Notes under the pieces: model-generated
What the model was told of the DNA's origin: nothing
Databases searched by the model: none
What the model saw: the letters and a program-made list of their open reading frames with translations, nothing else
Program-made: the position numbers and the translations under genes
Shown: positions 12,870 to 24,773 of the stretch, in pieces
Numbering within the stretch: the stretch's first letter is position 1
Layout: the number at the start of each line of letters is the position of its first letter
DNA from: Squalus acanthias
Lineage: Eukaryota
Direction: 5' to 3'
Length of the DNA: 64,000 bases
Assembly: GCA_030390025.1 (NCBI GenBank)
Contig: CM059432.1
Span: 135,472,001-135,536,000 of the forward strand

Positions 12870-13516
12870 GGGCCGCATATTCCGATCCCTACAGGTGTGT
12901 ACGCACCCGTAGGGACATCGGAAATGCCGGTTTCAGGCATGCACAGCGCATGCACTGAAAACCGGCATTTCCGATCAGTCAAGAATGCTCGACAGATCGG
13001 ACGCCTGCCCTAGAGAAGGGCCTCTGCGGGTCGAGAGTTCCGCTTTCTGGAGACCCTCCGCCCGCAGAAAACCCTTAGAATTCTTACGCCTGGTAAAAGC
13101 AGGATAAGAGTTGAAAAAAGTTGTTTTTTTTTTTTAAATTTCCCACTCATTTAAAAATACTTTAAAAAAAAAGGTAAGTTTATTTTTAGCCCTGTTAAAT
13201 TTGTTAAATATTTAATTTATTGTAATTTCAACTAATTTTAAAAAGGTGATAGTAAAACTTTAAATAAATTTTTTTTAAAACATGTTTTTGGGGTGATCTC
13301 TATTCATATATTTGACAGGTCTATCTGTCAAGGGTATGAAGGGAGATTCCCTTCTTCTATTGGCTCACGTGATCCCAGGGACGCTGCGAACTGCCTGCTC
13401 CTCTGGGATACGTGGGCCCTGCGCACTTGGAGTTTGGAGAGGCCCAGGATTGGGAGCCCTCAGGTAAGTTCGTAGATTTTTCCAGATCGGTGGCCTCTGA
13501 TCGGAAAATACGGCCC
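12870..13516. mobile_element. PIF/Harbinger-type MITE, family A (opposite orientation)
   Basis: 18-bp TIR GGGCCGCATATTCCGATC with 2 mismatches, flanks ATT/AAT. Same internal motifs in reverse order. Confidence 0.82.
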
Positions 13517-13644
13517 AATAAGTCTTAAAGCAATCTTAATTGATGGCAGCAATGGCAAAACCACTTGCAATTTACATTACATCTCCTTTAAGACTCCCCT
13601 TAAAACCCACTGCTTTCAGTGGGGTATTGGTCACCCCTCCTAAT

Positions 13645-13742
13645 GGCCCGGATTTTGCTGCACTAATAACGGCAAGGCTGTCAGCGCTCACCGTTATTAC
13701 AAGGTAAAACGGACAGCAACTTCTGGAGTCCACACGTACAGC
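13645..13742. mobile_element. Terminal fragment of MITE family B
   Basis: Starts GGCCCGGATTTTGC and matches the reverse complement of 5100-5199. Confidence 0.7.
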
Positions 13743-14049
13743 GAGAGCTATTTTTGGATTTAGGCCAAGTCTACTATTGACTCAGCTAAACTTCAAGGAG
13801 CTGAAGTTGTGCATTACTGCAAACCACCCTGTTGCCCGACCCAGTTTCCATGGGATTATACTGTACAGGGACAGATGCAATCGGCTCACATCTGTCCCTG
13901 GGGAGCGCAGAACACCCCTAATTGAGGATGTGAGACACTAGTCGTATTGTTAGATACAAAATATTTTAAAACAAAAAACCCTTTAAAAGGATGCAGAAGT
14001 ACAAGATGATTGAAAATGTATTTTAACAATTTATTTAAATTAACTACTT

Positions 14050-14697
14050 CCTTAATTTCCACCTCCATAACATTACCGATCTCCGCTCTTGCTTCAGCTC
14101 ATCCACTGCTGAAACCCTCATCCATGCCTTTGTTACCTCTAGACTTGACTATTCCAACACACTCCTGGCTGGCCTCCCACATTCTACCCTACGTAAACTT
14201 GGTGATCCAAACCTCGGCTGCCTGTGTCCTAACTCACACCAAGTCCCGTTCGCCCATCACCCCTGTGCTCGCTGACCTACATTGTCTCCCGGTTAAGCAA
14301 CGCCTCGATTTCAATTCTCATCCTGGTTTCCAAATCCCTCCGTGGCCTCGCCCATCCCAATCTCTAATCTCCTTCAGCCTCACAACCCCCTCCCACCCCA
14401 CCGCCGAGATATCTGCGCTCCTCTAATTCTGCCCTCGAGCATCCCTGATTATAATCTCTCAACCATTGGTGGGCGTGCCTTCTGTTGCCTAGGCCCGAAG
14501 CTCTGGAATTCCCTGCCTAAACCTCTCCGCCTCGCTTTCCTCCTTTAAGACGCTGCTTAAAAACTACCTCTGACAAAGTTTTTGGTCACCTGCCCTAACT
14601 TCTCATGTGGCTCGTTGTCAAATTTTGTGTCTTATAATACTCGTGAAGCGCCTTGGGACGTTTTAGGCGCTGTATAAATACAAGTTGGTGTTGTAGT
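14050..14697 (+). mobile_element. L2-like LINE 3' fragment
   Basis: ITPVLADLHCLPVKQRLDF and GRAFCCLGPKLWNSLP peptides, (TTG/TAG)n tail. Confidence 0.85.
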
Positions 14698-15351
14698 ACG
14701 CACAGTCCATGCAACATCACTTGGAAAAAGGGTAGGTTAGAGTAAGCAGAGAAAGGTTACCAACTGGTTCAGAAGCACCATATTAAAATTAAGAAAAACT
14801 AGGAGGAAGTCGCATGGCTGTTACTCAACTGAAGAGGGGGCAGATGGTTTCAGATGATGAAATAAAGCGTGCCAAAATGTGAGTGAACAAGTCACAAGAC
14901 TATTTCATAGGTTTCAACTTCTCCCTAGGTATTTTGTTGTGCCGGAATGCATGCAAGCTTCTCTGCGTACTTCTTTTTAAATGCACATTACATATTCTTT
15001 GTATTCCACAAACGCATCTGTCCCTGGAGCTCAAGCGGTTTAGAGTGCCAAGTTATGAAAAGAATATGGCAGCTCTGGGTAACGTGCACAGGGGCAGGAT
15101 TATCTTAATAGCTGAAAGGTATCAGAGTGGTTACTGCACAGCTGGCAGTGGAATATAAGACAGCAATCCAATCGATGGATTCGGAATACATCAAAAACCA
15201 CCAGGGGTGGTTTGTCGTCAATTGAGTCCAAAAGACTGGATTTATCATCCTTTGCAAACTTTCTTTGATGGTCAGGGGTGTCATATCTGAGCGAGTTGAA
15301 ATTACACAATAGGTTCTAAAAATGTGAAGAAAACCATGTTAAACAGACATG

Positions 15352-16114
15352 GGGCCAGAAATTCGGCTCTCCGGCTTCCTGCGGGTGCAAGCATCGCGCG
15401 CGTACTTGCCTGCCATTGTGCTTCAGGCCCACGAGGACTTTGGCTCCTGGGCCTCCTGCAGCTGCTGGCGCGCAGTGCTTGCGTATACCAGGGCCGCAGT
15501 TAGTTCGAAGCGTCCCCTGGGATCACGTGGGCCATGGAGAGCCAATCGGAGCAGGGCATTTTCATTCATAGATTTGACAGGAAGACCTGTCAAATCTATG
15601 AAGAGAGATCGGCCCCAAAACCACACTTAAACTTCAAATAAATTTATTTATTTTTTTTAAATCACATTTTTAAAATAACTATAAGTTACATAAATTAACT
15701 ACTTTAAACAAAAATTTAAATTTGAAAAAATAATTATACTTTTTAACGGTGCTAAAAATAAACTTACCTTTCTTTAAAGTATCTAAAAAAGATAAACCTA
15801 TTGAAAAAATGTTTAAATTGTAATTAATTAACGACTTACCTTGTTAAAAACAGGCCTTGCGCCTCCTTTTTTTAAAAAAAAGTGCAGCTTCTCCATACTT
15901 ACCCTCCCGGAGAAACCTGAAAAAAAACCGAAGTTTGCTGCGTGCGCGCTGCCTCTACCACGCACGCGTTCGACTTCTGAACCCCTCCCTTCAGGGGAAC
16001 GGAAGTTCCGGTTTCCCGCGCATGCGCAGTGCATGCGTGAAACCGGCACTTCAGGTGGCCTTACGGGTGAGTACACAGCGCGTACTCACCAGACAACAGC
16101 CGAATTTCTGGCCC
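15352..16114. mobile_element. PIF/Harbinger-type MITE, family A
   Basis: Perfect 17-bp TIR GGGCCAGAAATTCGGCT, 3-bp TSD ATG, CpG-rich ends, AT-rich core. Confidence 0.88.
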
Positions 16115-16444
16115 ATGATCTTCCCAAGTAGCATGCCCCATAGATTTTTTACATTTTTATAGTAGTTTACTTGTGTTGAAACCTGCCATCACCAACCTGT
16201 TCAAGCCACCTGGACACGACCCCCCACAACATAGCGATTTTGCACTATAGCATTGCATCAGCTGCTGTGAAATTACTAACTGGCACCTCCATACCACTGT
16301 ACTGCCCAATGAGGGGGATGATGCATATCATTGGCCAACTGTGGACATAATCTTCACAAAGGAATGGTACTTAGCGATAAAAGTACCATTAAACTGTATT
16401 TTACAAACAGCAAATTCTGCTTACATGAAAGGAAGGAAAAAATA

Positions 16445-17570
16445 GAATTGCATTTATATAGTGCCTTTCACTCCCTCAGAATGTCTAAAATGCTTCATGG
16501 CCAATTAATTACTTTTGAAGTATGCTCACTTATGTATACATACACGCAGCCAATGTTTGCACAAACAGCAATGAGATGAATGAGCAGTTAACCTGTTTTT
16601 TGGTGGTGTTGGTTAAGGGATAAATGCTGACCAGGACACCAGAACTCCCCTGCTCACTTTGAATAGTGCCATTTTTTAAAAAAAAACAAGTCTACCTGAA
16701 TAGGTAGAAAAGTTTGATGGGCCGGATTTTGCTGTGAGCAACTAACGTTCGTTAGGCTTGCACTGCACGACAAGTTGCTGTCAGCCAAACATTGAAAAAG
16801 CTCAGTGGCCTCTCCTGGGCAGTTGGGACCTGTTTGAACAGGGAAAGCAACTGCCATCTCCTTAACCAACCAGATTGAAGAATTGTTACTGAGCAGCGCA
16901 GTCTGAACCAGGAAGTGTTCGTTAGAATATTGAATTCAATGTCAAATCAGGTACAGAAAGCAAAAGAGTGGGAACAAAAGATTGGATTGAGAGAGAGAGA
17001 GAGAGAGAGGAAAAAAAGAGACAAAGTAAAAAATATATATATTTTAAAATCAACAATAATTAAGCTCTGAAAGAATGAGACTCCATACTTGTTAGTTAAT
17101 TTTCAGTGCCAGAGAGGTTGTTTGGCAGTAATTAAGACTTACCATGCCGTTAAAAGGGTAATTAGAGTGGAATGATTTGACTTAATTTTTTGTGGCAAGT
17201 TTAATCCATACCTACGACGTCAGTACAGGAACTTCACGCCATTCAATACATTTAAATGGGGAGTCAGACGCCAAGATGCCTTTTTCGTGCAGCTTACGGA
17301 TAGGCAGTGCATATCGCTCAACTTACGGATTTTCACGTTTAACTGTGCATGTGCGCTCGCCCGAAGTTGCTGTCCCATTTGCGCATAAATAATGATTTAT
17401 TTTCACAGCAAAATCCAGCCCAATACCTTAGCCAAACGATGTCATCACCAACAATGCAGCACTCCCACAGCACTGCACTGAAGTGTCAGCCTAGATTGAA
17501 TTCAAGTCCTGCAGTGGAACTTGAACCCATGCCTTCTAACTCGGATGCCATTACTGAGCAAAGCTAACAC
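16445..17570 (-). mobile_element. Older Deu-SINE copy split by the MITE at 16719-17421
   Basis: Reverse-complement match to 27388-27825: tail at 16445-16715, head at 17422-17570. Confidence 0.75.
16719..17421. mobile_element. PIF/Harbinger-type MITE, family B, nested in a SINE
   Basis: 19-bp TIR GGGCCGGATTTTGCTGTGA with 1 mismatch, flanks GAT/AAT. Splits a minus-strand SINE. Confidence 0.85.
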
Positions 17571-19444
17571 TTGGAATACGATGTTATAATGCAACACTGT
17601 GAACAAGCTATACCTAGAAAGCCAAGAGGTATTAATACAATTGCCCTCATTTTGGTCAATCCACTTTCCACATACACCATTAGGAACTCATACCCAGTAC
17701 TGTAGGTTTAACCAGAGTGTAACACCATTCTGGTACTATAACAGTAGGACAGAAAACCCCAACACATCAGACAGAGGGCACTGCTGTTGAACAGAAGATT
17801 TCAGGTTTCCTAGATTTTTTAAAAATCAATCTCAACAACTACGACCTTGAAGTGAACTATTATTTTCTTACAATGGCTGATTGGACTAACATATGGTTTA
17901 CCTCAAGTTTTATGCACCCTCTTCTTTTTTAAAAAGTGAGAGAGGGAACTTTATGTTGGACAGCAAGTCCATGTTAAAGTAATTTATTAATAAGGATCCA
18001 GCTGTTCAGTAGCAGTTGCATACTAATGCTTTTTAGGAATTACTTATCTGCAGTAACTCAACCAGTCATCTAAAACACAGCAATATTACAGTCGACTCGA
18101 GCCATGAAAGACTGACTCTGACAGGGATAATAACACTCCTACTTAGTTACACAAGTGGTAATCATATTTCATTACCATTACATTAGCTTATCTAGGGAAA
18201 AGAGCTGATACCACACCATCATAAACCTTTCATGTACTGCTACTGATATTCAGTCCACCATACCAGTTTCTGCAAGCTGATGCATTATAAATTGAATCAT
18301 TTGGGCACCTAATATACCAGCATCACAATACACAATTTACATTTTAAAATAGAAAGACCATATAAAATGCAAAAGTTTGAACTCATTAAAATTGCTAACT
18401 TATGTTTAAAGTACACAGTTGTGTAGTAAAAATGTTTTCCTAAATAAGAATGTTTCTACATTTAAGCTGGCAATGACAATTCTTGACTTTTACTTCATAC
18501 AATTTTTATATAATTGTGCACAAATTAAATGATTCTTCGAATATGGTCAGCATGACTACGTATAACTACAGCGTGTACCATACAAAAGGACATTACAACT
18601 ACTAAAAGGAGCCTAGCAGAAAGAAGAAAAGTAAAGTAAGATGAGCAGTGTATGGTAGAAGGCAGCCTGACAAGCTGCCAACAAGTACATTTTGTTTGGG
18701 TGCCCAAGTCCGAATAAATTCAGTGTCACAATCAAAGTACCTGGACCCTGATGTAAGTAAAGTCTAGCAGAACTACATGTTTTATTCATAAATGCCTGTA
18801 TATTTAGCAGCTTAGTGAGCTAACTGCCTGAAAGGACATGGTTGATAGAAGCACCTGAAACTAAATCTGACCTGAAGGTGGCATTTTCACACAATACTGT
18901 TTCCAACAAGCTTGCATACATGCCTTTGCTCAGTAATTGTATTTCCACTCAGTGCATAGTCATTTAATAAATGTTTTATTTGTAGGCTTTAAAAATTGCA
19001 AGTCAGTCTTAAAAGATACCTACCTGTTACAACATATTTGACATTTCCACATCCAAATTTGCATTAAAAACTTCTGTATCTGACTGGCTAAAGCTAGAAC
19101 TGTAAGTAACTCCAACCCCAAATAATACCCTGTTCTAAGCAACAACCAATAACCACTTCATTGCTAGGGCAAACAAAAAGTGTGTCATGATGCAGAAATT
19201 AGCAGAACAGAATTTATTAAACAACATCCAATATGTGAAATGTCTCAGTGGAACTCCATACTCCAAGTTAGATGCAATAAAACTTGGGGTAGAACAAAAC
19301 AACAATGTTGTGTTTTATTATCTACAGGAGCTATTTTAAATTGGCAGGTGCCGTTACAACCTAAATATCATTGTAATTTATTTAAAGTCCAGAAATTATA
19401 ATAAAAGCAATGTTCAGATACACAAATCACATATTATAAAAACA

Positions 19445-19925
19445 GAGGCACTAGAGAGGGTGCAAAAATGATTTACTAGAATGATACCAGAACTAAGAGG
19501 TTATACCAATCAGGAAAGATTGAACAGTCTGGGGCTGTTTTTTTCGAGAAGAGAAGACAGAGGGTGAACTAATAGAGGTATTTAAGATTATGAAAGGGTA
19601 GAGAAGATGTTTCCACTTGCAGGCGAGACCAGAACTAGGGGCCATAAATACTAGATAGTCACTAATAAATCCAATAGGGAATTCAGGAGAAACTTCTTTA
19701 CCCAGAGAGTGGTTAGAATGTGGAACTCGCTACCACAAGGAGTAGTTACGGCGAATAGCATAGATGCATTTAAGGGGAACCTAGATAAGAATGTGAGCAA
19801 GAAAGGAATAGAAGGTTATGTTGATAGGGTTAGATGAAGAGGGTGGGAGGAGGCTCATGTGGAGCATAAACACTGGCATGGACCTGTTGGGCCTAATGGC
19901 CTCTTTGTGCTCTAAATACTTTGTA
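19445..19925 (+). mobile_element. CR1 3' end
   Basis: Encodes TRGHKY.IVTNKSNREFRRNFFTQRVVRMWN. Same subfamily as the copies at 34529, 43081 and 58938. Confidence 0.88.
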
Positions 19926-21674
19926 AAAGCAGTCGGGTAAAAAGCAAACATTAAGTACAATTGTTAAGTGGCAGAAACCAAGATCCCATGAACCAATAAA
20001 GAGTTCTATCGAATAGAGAAAAAGTATAATTGGAAAAGTAGTATTTGTTCTCCAAATAGTGACTGCATCAATTAATCTATTCCTGCAGATATCGCTACCC
20101 ATTCAAGTAAACTCCTACATTCTCAAATTTGCCTTTAGATACAAGATCATGCTACCTTTCAACCTATGACAGGTCTCTGCCCGAAATATCATATTTCAGT
20201 TCTGCCCCCGGCAACCACCCCCCCAACCTCGTCAATCTCCCCAGGCTATGCATGTTCTGCTTTTGGAGGTCTACCTACACTGCTCTAAGTCACCACTAGG
20301 AAGCATGCAAAAGCAGCTCAAACAACTGTCCAGGTTTTTCTCCCTTTTCTAATGGGGAAGTGTATCGACTCCATTCAAACTCTTTTTACAGGTCACAGAG
20401 CATGACAATTCACTTATCATCTTAGTTCCACGACTCACCAAAATTAGTTTATATCCTCTATGAAAGGCAAAGAGGGAAGAAAGTTGGAACGTGTATTGAC
20501 AACATGGTGCTTAGAATAAAAGTTATATTTAAATTTTCACTACAGGTCACAGGCTTGCCCTCAAAATATCACCCATTCAGGGAGGTGAGAGGAACAGTCT
20601 CACTCACTCGAGTCAATAAGTCAACTAAAAAAAACCTGAAATTTTGGATATGAACAGGTACATATGCAAAAGTATTTTGCATAGAATTTCAGGTAAATTG
20701 ACTAGCCCACAAGTGTACACTGTTCTTTCAATGGCCTTGGTACCACCCCACCAGTTCTCAACATTCTGGCATCCATTCAAGTGGGAAAGAATATATGTAG
20801 TTATGGACAGCCAATTACCAACACCTGTAATTCATTGCCCTCCCCTACTAAAACAGCCATCAGAAAAGTTATTTTCCGCAACAGCAATTTCCAGTCACGG
20901 TTGACAACTGTTGGGTCCGTGAACCGGTCCACAACATGCAAAAGATTTCACCACCTCCTCTGCAACCTCCCAACTCAATACAATTTCAGCAACAAATAAC
21001 TGCCAACTTCCTTACCGAGGTAGCCTCCCTTATCTCTTCTGTAAGCCTCTGCACCAAGCAACGACTTCTTGGTGATTTCAACCTACAATTCAACTCCCCT
21101 AGCCTCTTCTCTGACTTCACCACCCTCCTGACCTCCCTCAATCTCACTCTTCACGCAAGTACTCCATTCATATCCTTGACCATCCCCTTCACCTCAATAT
21201 TTCTCATGACCTCTAAATCCAAGATCTCATTCACGAATAAAGCTAGCTGAGCACTTCCATGTCTCTCTATTCACACTTGCCTCTCTTTTCACCCTCACTC
21301 CCAGCAGACTCACTATGCACTCATGCAAAAAACGGTTTCATAATCAGTCACAAACCTGATAGGAGAGCATGAGGATAGATGAGTCTAGAGGTAACAAAGG
21401 TATAGATGAGGGTTTCAGCAGCAGATGAGCTAGGGCAGAGAAGGGCAATGTTACAGAAGTGGAAGTAGGCAGTCTTGGTGCTGGAGCAATATGGGGTCAG
21501 AAGCTCAGCTCAGGGTCAAATTGGCCATCAAGATTGCGAACAGTCTGGTTCAGTCTCAGACAGCAGCCAGGGAGAGGGATGAAGTCGGTGGCTAGGGAAC
21601 AGAGTTTGCGGCGGAGACCAAAGACAATGGCTTCGGTCTTCCAATACATAGAAATTACAACATGGAAACAGGCT

Positions 21675-22266
21675 GTTACTACTACTATGTATTTATATAG
21701 CACCTTTAACATAGTAAAACGTCCCAAGGCGCTTCACAGGAGTATTAAAAGACAACAAATTTGACACCGAGCCACATGAGAAATTTGGGCAGGTGACCAA
21801 AAGCTTGGACAGAGAGGTAGGTTTTAAGGAGCATCTTAAAGGAGGAAAGAGGTAGCGAGGCAGAGAGGTTTAGGCAGGGATTTCCAGAGCTTCGGGCCTA
21901 GACAACAGAAGGCACGGCCAGTAATGGCTGAGCGATTATAATCAGGGATGCTCAAGAGGGCAGAATTAGAGGAGCGCCGATATCTCCGGGGGGCGGGTTG
22001 TGGGGCTGAAGGAGATTACAGAGATAGGAAGGGGTGAGGTCATGGAGGGATTTGAAAACAAGGATGAGAATTTTGAAATCGAGGCGTTGCTTAACCGGGA
22101 GTCAATGTAGGTCAGCGAGCACAGGGGTGATGGGTGAACGGGACTTGGTGCGAGTTAGGACACGGGCAGCCGAGTTTTGGATCACGAAGTTTACGTATGG
22201 TAGAATGTGGGAGGCCACCCAGGAGTGCGTTGGAATAGTCAAGTCTAGAGGTAACAAAGGCATGGA
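21675..22266 (-). mobile_element. L2-like LINE 3' fragment
   Basis: Close reverse-complement match to 14120-14697. Confidence 0.85.
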
Positions 22267-22369
22267 CACCCAAACAATCTGTATTAGAGATTATCCACCA
22301 CGAGAAGTCCGAATTCCATATACCTTCTCTGCCCTTTCCTTCAACTACATATCTATCCTATTCTTAAAT

Positions 22370-23830
22370 ATCAACATGGTCTCTGCTTCAAACACCAACT
22401 CCGATGATGCATTCCACAGGCTCATAACTCTCTGTATAAAAAGAAGTTTTGCCTGCTCAGTCCTAAATCTCTTGCATTTAATTTTAAATCTATGCCTTCT
22501 CATTCATTGGAAACAAGCTGTTTCTAGCTACTCGGTCTCATCCCTTTATAATTTTAAACACCTCCATTAAATCATTTGCTTTCTTTATGCCTTATCCACT
22601 TGAAGACGCTTTTCATGTCTTATGAACCTGAACTCAAATCCCTCAGCTTTCCTCCAAAGTATAATTATTTTTTTTTTATTTTTTTAAAACATAAATGAAC
22701 CTCACATTTACGAACATCGAATTCCATCTGTAACTTTTTTGCCTAGTCCATCATTTCATCAATACCCCCTTGCAGCCTCCTTTGGTCCCCTGGATTATTT
22801 ACAACGTCTTCTATTTTAATTGTTTGTAAATTTGGATACTACGCCTTCTAGCCCTATATCCAAATCATTGATGTATACGGTGAACAGAAGCAGTCCCAGA
22901 ACAAAACCCTGTGGAGCACTGCCACACTTCCAAACACTGGGAAAGTGCCCTTAACTCCTATTTCGTTTCCTCCCTTCTAATGAGTTTTAAATCCAATTTG
23001 CTATAACCCTTTAATTCCATACCCTTTAGTCTTCTCCAATTGTCTGCTGTGTGGTACCTTGTCAAAGACTTGCTGAAAGCCCTTGTACATCACATCCATT
23101 GCATTTATTTCAAGGGAGTTGGAGTATAAAAGCAGGGAAGTCCTGCTACAACTGTACAAGGTATTGGTGAGACCACACCTTGAGTACTGCATACAGTTTT
23201 GGTCTCCTTATTTAAGGAAGGATATACTTGCATTGGAGGCAGTTCAGAGACGATTCACTAGGTTAATTCCAGAGATGAGGGGTTTGACTTATGAGGAAAG
23301 GTTGAGCAGGCTGGGCCTATACTTATTGGAATTTAGAAGAATGAGAGGTGATCTTATCGAAACATAAGATACGAGGGGGCTCGACAGGGTAGATGCAGAG
23401 AGGATGTTTCCCCTCATGGGGAAATCTAGAACTCGGGGGCACAGTCTCAGAATAAAGGGTCGCCTTTTTAGAACTGAGATGAGGAGGAACAACTTCTCTC
23501 AGAGCGTCGTAAATTTGTGGAATTCTCTGCCCAGAGAGCTGTGGAGGCTGGGTCATTAAATACATTTAAAGTGGAGATCGACAAATTTTTGCAAGATAAG
23601 GGAGTGAAGGATTATGGGGAGCGGGCTGGGAAGTGGCTTTGAGCCCAAGATCAGCCATGATCTTATTGAATGGCGGAGCAGGCTCGAGGGGCCAAGTAGC
23701 CTATTCCTGCTCCTATTTCTTATGTTCTTATGTTCTTATTTCCCCCACATGCCATATCTGTCAGCTTCTCAAAGAACTTCATCAGGTTTGTGAAGCACAA
23801 TCTGTCTTTCTGAACACCTGTGTTGGCTGC
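22370..23830 (-). mobile_element. Old CR1 RT/3' remnant interrupted by 23112-23735
   Basis: FQQVFDKVPH peptide left of the insertion. Decayed TNLMKFFE-like sequence resumes at about 23743. Confidence 0.65.
23112..23735 (+). mobile_element. Younger CR1 3' fragment inserted in an older antisense CR1
   Basis: [18 protein letters not shown], (TTCTTATG)n tail, TTATTTC direct repeat at both ends. Confidence 0.9.
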
Positions 23831-24551
23831 TTCTGATTATTTTTTTCCAATTGCACTGGAATCAGGTTCTTTGCTTTCTTCATTTTTTTATTTTTAAAAA
23901 GGGCAAAATCCAAGTAAAATTGGATGCAAACAAAAACAATGCAGGACATTGGTGCTTTATCAGTCAGATCATTTTAATGTTATTTCACAGGCATATTAAA
24001 TACCTCCTCTGTATTGCTGCTAAGGCGTAAAATTAAATTTTTATTTTAGTGATAACTAACACAATTTTAACAAAAACATAGGTAAAGCAGGCAAACACGC
24101 AGTTGAGTGATTTTGTTAAGAATCACACCCCCCCACCCCTTACTTTTGGTATTTCATCTGTGCTATCAAAATAAATACCAAGTTAGAAGTTGTTCTTTCT
24201 GTCTGAGCGTAAAGCAAGAAACCCCAGATATGTACCAGTAGTTAGAAACAGCAACGATAATCATTTTAAGAATGCCAGCAACAGGGAGGATCACCTGGAC
24301 ATAGTTTCAGATAGCATGCAGTACCACCCCACACTTTGCCTGCTCACCAAAGCTACAGGCTGGGAGTAACCTGCATGTGGTTAGGGATTGGAATATAGGC
24401 AGAAGACTCCATTTGCCAACCCTGTGCAAGTGCTTCCAAAATATCCAACACATGCACTCTACATCTAAGGAGAATGCTATAGTCAAATCCTCCACTATAT
24501 AAAATCATATGAGCTATGTTCAAGAATTGATAAACAATACAAAGAAAATGC

Positions 24552-24773
24552 AAAAGCAAAATACTGCAGATGCTGGAAATCTGAAATAAAAACAGAAAAT
24601 GCTGGAAATACTCAGCAGGTCAGGCAGCATCTGTGGAGAGAGAAACAGAGTTAACGTTTCAGGTCGAAGAAACTGTTCTGACGAAGGGTCATCGACCTGA
24701 AACGTTGACTCGGTTTCTCTCTCCACAGATGCTGCCTGACCTGCTGAGTATTTCCAGCATTTTCTGTTTTTAT
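24552..24773. mobile_element. Short fold-back Penelope-pLTR-like element with a hammerhead motif (24675-24709, +)
   Basis: About 80-bp inverted arms. GTT-CTGACGA-A-GGGTC-ATC-GACCT-GAAA-CG-TT-GAC. 14-bp TSD TACAAAGAAAATGC (24538-24551, 24774-24787). Confidence 0.85.

Noticed and set aside
15828..16162. ORFs on both strands over the MITE ends (also 41256-41518)
   Set aside because: By-products of GC-rich palindromic MITE termini, with no protein-like features.
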